The notes under the pieces: model-generated
What the model was told of the DNA's origin: nothing
The model's input: only the letters and a program-made list of their open reading frames with translations
Databases searched by the model: none
In this document: piece after piece, positions 16,901 through 20,174 of the stretch
Position numbering within the stretch: position 1 is the first letter of the stretch
How the letters are laid out: the number at the start of each line of letters is the position of its first letter
Source of the DNA: Candidatus Thalassarchaeaceae archaeon
Lineage (GTDB): Archaea; Thermoplasmatota; Poseidoniia; Poseidoniales; Thalassarchaeaceae
Direction of reading: 5' to 3'
NCBI GenBank assembly: GCA_030747675.1
Contig: JASLKH010000032.1
Span: 1-20,174, forward strand
Length of the DNA stretch: 20,174 bases
Position numbers and translations under genes: made by a program

Positions 16901-19332
16901 GCGCCCCAACATCTTCTGACTTACTGGGGACGACATGGGACGGGCGTTATACAAATTGGCAACGAGACACGATTGAATTGAATTCTCATGCAGGTCAGCC
17001 ATTGATTGATGGTGTGCCCTACTGGGCCGTAGTCGTAATTGAATACCCAGATGGCACCATTGGTGAACCTAGTGATCCGATAGGTCCAGCAATCCCTACG
17101 AATGAAATTCCAATGCCTCCTGAATGGGCAAATGCAGGTCCATTTTTGGACGGAGATGATGGAGATTTATTCATTGAATGGAGTCCATGTACTGAGTTGG
17201 ATGCAGACGTCACACGAATTTGGGCAAGCCCTACGCCAATAAGCAACGCAGTTGGGTTGCTTGATTACGTTGAATTAGCTAACGATGCTGGAAATAACAC
17301 ATCGTTATCTCTTGAAGAAGGCCGTCCTTATTGGGTAGCATTAACTTGCGTTGATGAAAGTGGCCAACATGACCCTGAAAATGCAACGATTGTAGGGCCA
17401 GTTGTCCCAACAGGTGGAATTGATGATGGAATTGCCCCTGACCCTGTAAGTGATATTGCTGCATGGGACACTCCAGACGATGAAGGTGGAAGGATTAATG
17501 TTTCATGGACACCAAATACGGAGAATGATTGCGCTTGGTACACAATATTCGCTACACCGGTGGTATCAGAAGAACCCCCCTTATGGGCAGATGATGCTGA
17601 AATTGCAGCAATCGTCCCTGACTGTGAAATTAATGGTACTATAATTTCAAAAATAGGTGAATCGATAATCATCGATCAACAATTGTATTGGATTACCGTA
17701 GTCGCTTCTGACAAGTGGGGCAATGTTGATCATTTCAATCTCACGTGGGTTTCAGTATTCAGTGTTCAAGATAATTTAGGAATCAACCCACCACCACGCG
17801 TCGAAGGATTGATGGCTTGGGATCACCCAGATGATGATGGGACTGCAGTCGATGTAGAATGGACCCCAACGGGCGTTGATGACTTTGCATTCTATGTTGT
17901 TTGGGCCAGTGAACAACCACTGAACGATGTAGCAATCAAGTGGGTTGAATGTATTGATGACCCTAGCGCCTGTGGCCTAATGCAGATTCCACAGCAAAGC
18001 CAAACCTTCGATGGTCAAATGCAAATTGTTGTTGAAACTGCATTGTATGGTGAAACCTTGGAAACATCAACACCTTCTGAAATTATTCCTGGTAAACCGA
18101 TTTGGATAACTGTAACAATTCACGACATCAAAGGAAATGCCTTCCTCACTCGTCTATCAGATCACATGGTATTGGTTACACCCATCGATAATTCAGCAGA
18201 TCAAATTGCACCAGATCGTATTGAGGGACTTGAAGTCGAAGATCGACCAAATGACAATGGCGATGGTTTGTGGGTTTGGTTTGAAGAAAGTCAAGCAAGT
18301 GACATAGATCATTACGAAATCTATGCTGATGGTATACCATTTGGAGAAGTGGGAATCCGACCAGTTGCAATGAATGTATCTCGCGACACTCCACAACCAA
18401 TTGAATTAGAATCTCGTTCAGGTGGAATCCCAATCACGCCTGGTGTGATGTTGTGGATCACAGTTGTACCTGTTGACACGGCTGGTAACGCTTGGCGAAC
18501 GAATCTAAATGACGTCAATGCAATGCCTGTGAATAACAGTTTAGAAGATCCAGGGCTACATCTCCCTGAAGTATTAGGCATCAATGCTTCATGGAATGGT
18601 CCAGGTACGGATGTTGTAATCACGTGGAATGAGACTAGGGACCCTCAAGTGCAAGGCTACTATGTCCATATCAGCGATGAGGAGTATGTTGACAACCGCT
18701 TTGCATTGTTGGTAACAGAAGATTATATCCAAAATACACGGTTAACAATGAATGCCACAACTTTCGACTTGGTAAATAACCAGGTTTGGTACGTGTCAGT
18801 AGTGGTTTCAGACGGCCAAGTAAATCGCTTTGGTGTTGAATCTGTGATGGTGCCTGTTTGGCAGCCTGGACAAGCTTCGGCTGAAGATGAAGATTTGAAT
18901 GAAGAAGGTTCTGGCGCATGGTGGCAAAGCCTCAGTGTGATGGAAATTGCATTGCTTGCAATTCTTGCAGCGATGATAGCCTTGCTCAGTTTGATATTAG
19001 TAGTTAGATTGCGGAAACCACGCTATGACCCATTGAAACACGCAACGCCAAATTGGGAATTGCAATTGGAAGATTGGAGTGGAGATGATGGAACAGGAAC
19101 CCCCATGACCCCTGAAGTAGATTTCGCAGATACATTAATTCCTGCTGCAAGTAGTATTGAATCAACTCCAACAGTTGCGACAACACCTAGTTCAGTCGAT
19201 TCAAATGCAGGATTTGCACCACGAAATACGACACCAGAATCAAGTATTGACGATCTCGCAAATGATTTGCTTGGCAATGCTTCATCGAAAGGTGACGATA
19301 TTGACACATCGTTCCTTGATGACTTGCTCTGA
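10933..19332 (+). CDS. Giant secreted, C-terminally membrane-anchored protein with multiple beta-propeller repeats and FN3-like domains, 2799 aa
   Basis: Signal-peptide-like N-terminus (KRR then hydrophobic, AHA); many two-component-regulator-propeller-like repeats (ALPSDRV, GLSSSEV, GLNSNDI, GLPSNFV, GLPTPFI); four D-x-P-x-D-x-G..W FN3-like repeats; hydrophobic helix IALLAILAAMIALLSLILVV then RLRK; acidic tail. Confidence 0.9.
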   Translation: MITPEATVTPDGKRRAISLVTIMILASWLPMGTPWIAIAHAGVVAEWGSEGSNDTGWIQLNATLPNSLAQSATADLMLDFAPGAAIDNLTFEIRVNGSDGIWVEEPQILLPDAPASLLDWRGLGALGQQNNFIGSDPHTSRLSPNSDSNAGWVLPGGATITDVVIEALRPADPLVSMQRIEVNVADTDIHPIDGRLYWASGDSLVQVDSQNNPPVIEVFDLDQDILAISVDSFNNIIYVASRDENAGYLHVYSLIDSSYLGEVTTPGLTFSALADGGFGGLWASDGDGLYSGNFQLSMGTPMVTWTRVVDLAVGANHAATDIMVLSTDVWISTDGSGLYHYDASSGAANHYDTQNALPSDRVIDLEMAGSHLLIATADSGVSRRDVSTNSWLATWTNGNWLASNSIASLSSIDGWVHILAGDTIHAYNTTSLSFTNAWTMTDLSLSREVGDSLIPWPHGGSRSPSNHSVLVGDSSGTFAVLHPSLPSHGISQGSWDQMIFATGPSEDQMRDAIELNGIIYIAAGEKVERFDMNNNRWLNPLTGNSAPYSSAIQCIATDGTNIFIGSESSGVIMITINGTTVISENAAQWVTADGLSSSEVGDLAYESATGQIISMHPFAGISVIDPTNSTVPQTWTEFNGLNSNDITALAVRGGIAYAGTNNDGVERIDIVNSTLLTPWTSTGMDDVDAMPIAIDGSTLYLGMYGFGVLVYDMSTGEQTGLWQRTGGNGPGQSNQIPSNNVLSLAILTPGTVLVGTNNGGAQHTSSGWSNMGNTGNERADQFYDWDFDNQHIYAATETGVCQWTRSGLQFQKCWDDNPDGLPGEDTYAIELIEPNRIWVGQNEGAGVIDVTNDSVIKSWEAGVNSGNAKVIVIGDVAYLGYDGIGILRYDLVTDEWLSPWDAVTSNLIESNGVTAMVQDINPNRIWVGGDMGLNLIDVVNATLEKDWDSGSNSGGITLSNQEPGELVIVGDTMYYMQVRFGNNGYSSNDNIYRYDIINMTQLSTLDVGNSEGYSALVHGMGAVGDIIHFGISPTNWWQGDGHMVRWNHTSGAWMDSIEAKGQVERVNAQFAGDCNPTPTNCHLYAAYGNTPLHQVDMNGNLVRSWDDSVLEGPIRGIATWDGTVLFGTEDGISRYNYSSNTWLSEWTSNNGLPNNVEDAVYSMETIGDDLWVSTMATSGWNRNSKILQLNGTSNQWTVHDVGSGQVPEGYGADIGICNDIVHVALNRWAGWGSQGGVARYDLSTGNWLSDWNQGAGGLPHDNPVAIACDDAYQITYIGFEEDDGSIARYDYVNQQFLATLDEDDNVVSEPIFPGAMQYQLGSLLVGHYDGGGITYISTTGQIVTAVIPFSTDAEATSIDLVPGQTFEFAVGRAGGASGYNRVDNLNGNGLNPGAWDNLATLSTGRIAEFTGNSTHIWAVPIDDFTSTYGTAILEGEYQSNGSIEWTRAWNLNAELVNEITLDGNTLWITTTGLGLHQIDLVSGNYTFTGYPLHGQMDGLTWYGNELIVGLMGTPSTAAGVQRYDTSTGQWGAGRISAGLPSNFVRDFEKIGDLVYIATLAGIGVWNLSADDWEDPMTTADGLPTPFITHLDSDNGILLIGTPSGLMSYEPGLGLGQMYGRNQGLVGDSVNGIAKIIDPATGITTLFVSHNGEGPTRPGFSEVVPVTPTSPPGVVYTVLDTTLVDILPSNGITALASDWWGIHIGTDAEPLMHWNASGNEMEQGASISGLSSWPIQHMDSDGQNIIAISSMGVDLIDVTTGLHPSTQLISYAGLSAGTISSNGVYIVGMDGLHVWSGHPSFIEIDRSSMRRADPLTITLGGSSGSSLDATDEARPGNKITLINSSNAVSIPAFGTAGPGNIPVTQDMLTLSSPVSGAATWVASTRLNYSGSWDLAALNSNLQTTVQVAIDNSVLTSMGRSLHIQLQSPVNGSLEVRLTYDWVRTESPSEMIDLFDRPEDGGGTLIAQWTVTQDHSFNAYQIYLRPNSNWTSAPTSSDLLGTTWDGRYTNWQRDTIELNSHAGQPLIDGVPYWAVVVIEYPDGTIGEPSDPIGPAIPTNEIPMPPEWANAGPFLDGDDGDLFIEWSPCTELDADVTRIWASPTPISNAVGLLDYVELANDAGNNTSLSLEEGRPYWVALTCVDESGQHDPENATIVGPVVPTGGIDDGIAPDPVSDIAAWDTPDDEGGRINVSWTPNTENDCAWYTIFATPVVSEEPPLWADDAEIAAIVPDCEINGTIISKIGESIIIDQQLYWITVVASDKWGNVDHFNLTWVSVFSVQDNLGINPPPRVEGLMAWDHPDDDGTAVDVEWTPTGVDDFAFYVVWASEQPLNDVAIKWVECIDDPSACGLMQIPQQSQTFDGQMQIVVETALYGETLETSTPSEIIPGKPIWITVTIHDIKGNAFLTRLSDHMVLVTPIDNSADQIAPDRIEGLEVEDRPNDNGDGLWVWFEESQASDIDHYEIYADGIPFGEVGIRPVAMNVSRDTPQPIELESRSGGIPITPGVMLWITVVPVDTAGNAWRTNLNDVNAMPVNNSLEDPGLHLPEVLGINASWNGPGTDVVITWNETRDPQVQGYYVHISDEEYVDNRFALLVTEDYIQNTRLTMNATTFDLVNNQVWYVSVVVSDGQVNRFGVESVMVPVWQPGQASAEDEDLNEEGSGAWWQSLSVMEIALLAILAAMIALLSLILVVRLRKPRYDPLKHATPNWELQLEDWSGDDGTGTPMTPEVDFADTLIPAASSIESTPTVATTPSSVDSNAGFAPRNTTPESSIDDLANDLLGNASSKGDDIDTSFLDDLL

Positions 19333-19346
19333 TACGGCTTTGCCTC

Positions 19347-20129
19347 GTGCATGACTTGAAGCATAGTACGGCTTTCCCGAAACCGATTGCGATGGATGCG
19401 ACCACATCAGTTGGCGCCTCCGTTTTTACAACATTACGTTGGGATAATGGTCGTGTCGCTTGGCTGGATGAGCATTTAACTCGCCTTCGTAAACATGCAG
19501 AGAGAGTTGGTATTGAATGGCCAGTAAACATCCAACAAGATATTGCTTCCATATCGCCAACAGGCGAGGGAAACCTCTGTCGAATTCAATTGAATAAAAA
19601 CGGCCAAATTGAATTAACTTTGAGAATGTCACAATATAACCAATCTCCATTGAGTGCTCTATCTGAACCAGCTCCAAGGTTCCCCAAAAGTGTCCAAGGC
19701 ACCAAACATGCTGCATGGAGTGGTTATTCTGATGCACGATTAAAGGCAGAAAACGGGGGAGCGGACCTTGCATTATTGGTTCACGATGGTGCTGTTGTGG
19801 ATGGTGATAGATGCACTCCTCTCATTTTGGACATCGATGGTGTAGCCTATGCACCCAGCCCCGAAGGTGGAGGGATTGACTCAATCACCCTTGGTATTTT
19901 GAAGCCCGCTATTGAAGCAGCAGGAATTCCATTTCGATATGCACGTTTGACTGAAAAACTTCTTGGCCGATCTAGAGAAGTAATTGTTGTAGGAACTGGC
20001 GTGGGCGTTGCATGGCTTGGTGAAATCGATGGTCAACCAGTAGGAATTCAATCACCAGGTCCTTTGTATGAAACGTGTAGTAAAGAGTTCGAAATAGCGC
20101 TTAGTGATGCTTGGAATAGGCTGGAGTGA
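19347..20129 (+). CDS. Class IV PLP-dependent aminotransferase family protein (PabC / branched-chain aminotransferase-like)
   Basis: VFTTLR, EHLTRL, Schiff-base Lys in GTKH, SITL and GTG phosphate-binding segments. Start codon uncertain (GTG 19347 or ATG 19392). Substrate cannot be assigned. Confidence 0.85.
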   Translation: MHDLKHSTAFPKPIAMDATTSVGASVFTTLRWDNGRVAWLDEHLTRLRKHAERVGIEWPVNIQQDIASISPTGEGNLCRIQLNKNGQIELTLRMSQYNQSPLSALSEPAPRFPKSVQGTKHAAWSGYSDARLKAENGGADLALLVHDGAVVDGDRCTPLILDIDGVAYAPSPEGGGIDSITLGILKPAIEAAGIPFRYARLTEKLLGRSREVIVVGTGVGVAWLGEIDGQPVGIQSPGPLYETCSKEFEIALSDAWNRLE

Positions 20130-20134
20130 TTGTT

Positions 20135-20174
20135 ATGAGGGTACTCAGTGCAGTTGAGAATAGCGATAATCTCA
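20135..20174 (+). CDS. Probable 5' end of the next gene (MRVLSAVENSDNL...)
   Basis: ATG 5 nt after the upstream stop, preceded by GGAGTGA; open to the window edge; too short to identify. Confidence 0.4.
   Translation, partial: MRVLSAVENSDNL

Noticed and set aside
80-19773. Remaining short ORFs in the track (e.g. 80-406, 376-771, 1777-2148, 3407-3697, 10328-10582, 12989-13420, 17328-17672, 19187-19552)
   Set aside because: Antisense or off-frame shadows of longer, motif-supported genes, with no recognisable motifs.

Overview
Probably an archaeal window, most likely Marine Group II (Poseidoniales). This is inferred from GGTGA-type ribosome-binding sites and the gene repertoire, not from a database search. 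The right 13 kb is ordinary host-like content: two GNAT acetyltransferases, maeB, a 2799-aa membrane-anchored beta-propeller/FN3-like surface protein and a class IV PLP aminotransferase. The left 7 kb is unusual. A 1207-aa ORF (3391-7014, minus) has all catalytic motifs of a T3/T7/mitochondrial-type single-subunit RNA polymerase, plus an inserted zinc finger and an enlarged specificity-loop region containing a SAP-like motif. No other phage genes are visible. Downstream on the same strand are two micro-ORFs missed by the ORF track, a duplicated three-hairpin element spaced 240 bp apart with a T3-promoter-like layout, and a hairpin-dense ~110-nt block. These are followed by a 60-aa ORF, a TFS/RpoM-like zinc-ribbon ORF and two tandem paralogous zinc-finger proteins, one running off the window edge. 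Working hypothesis (untested): an orthogonal phage-type transcription module with its own promoters resident in an archaeal chromosome.
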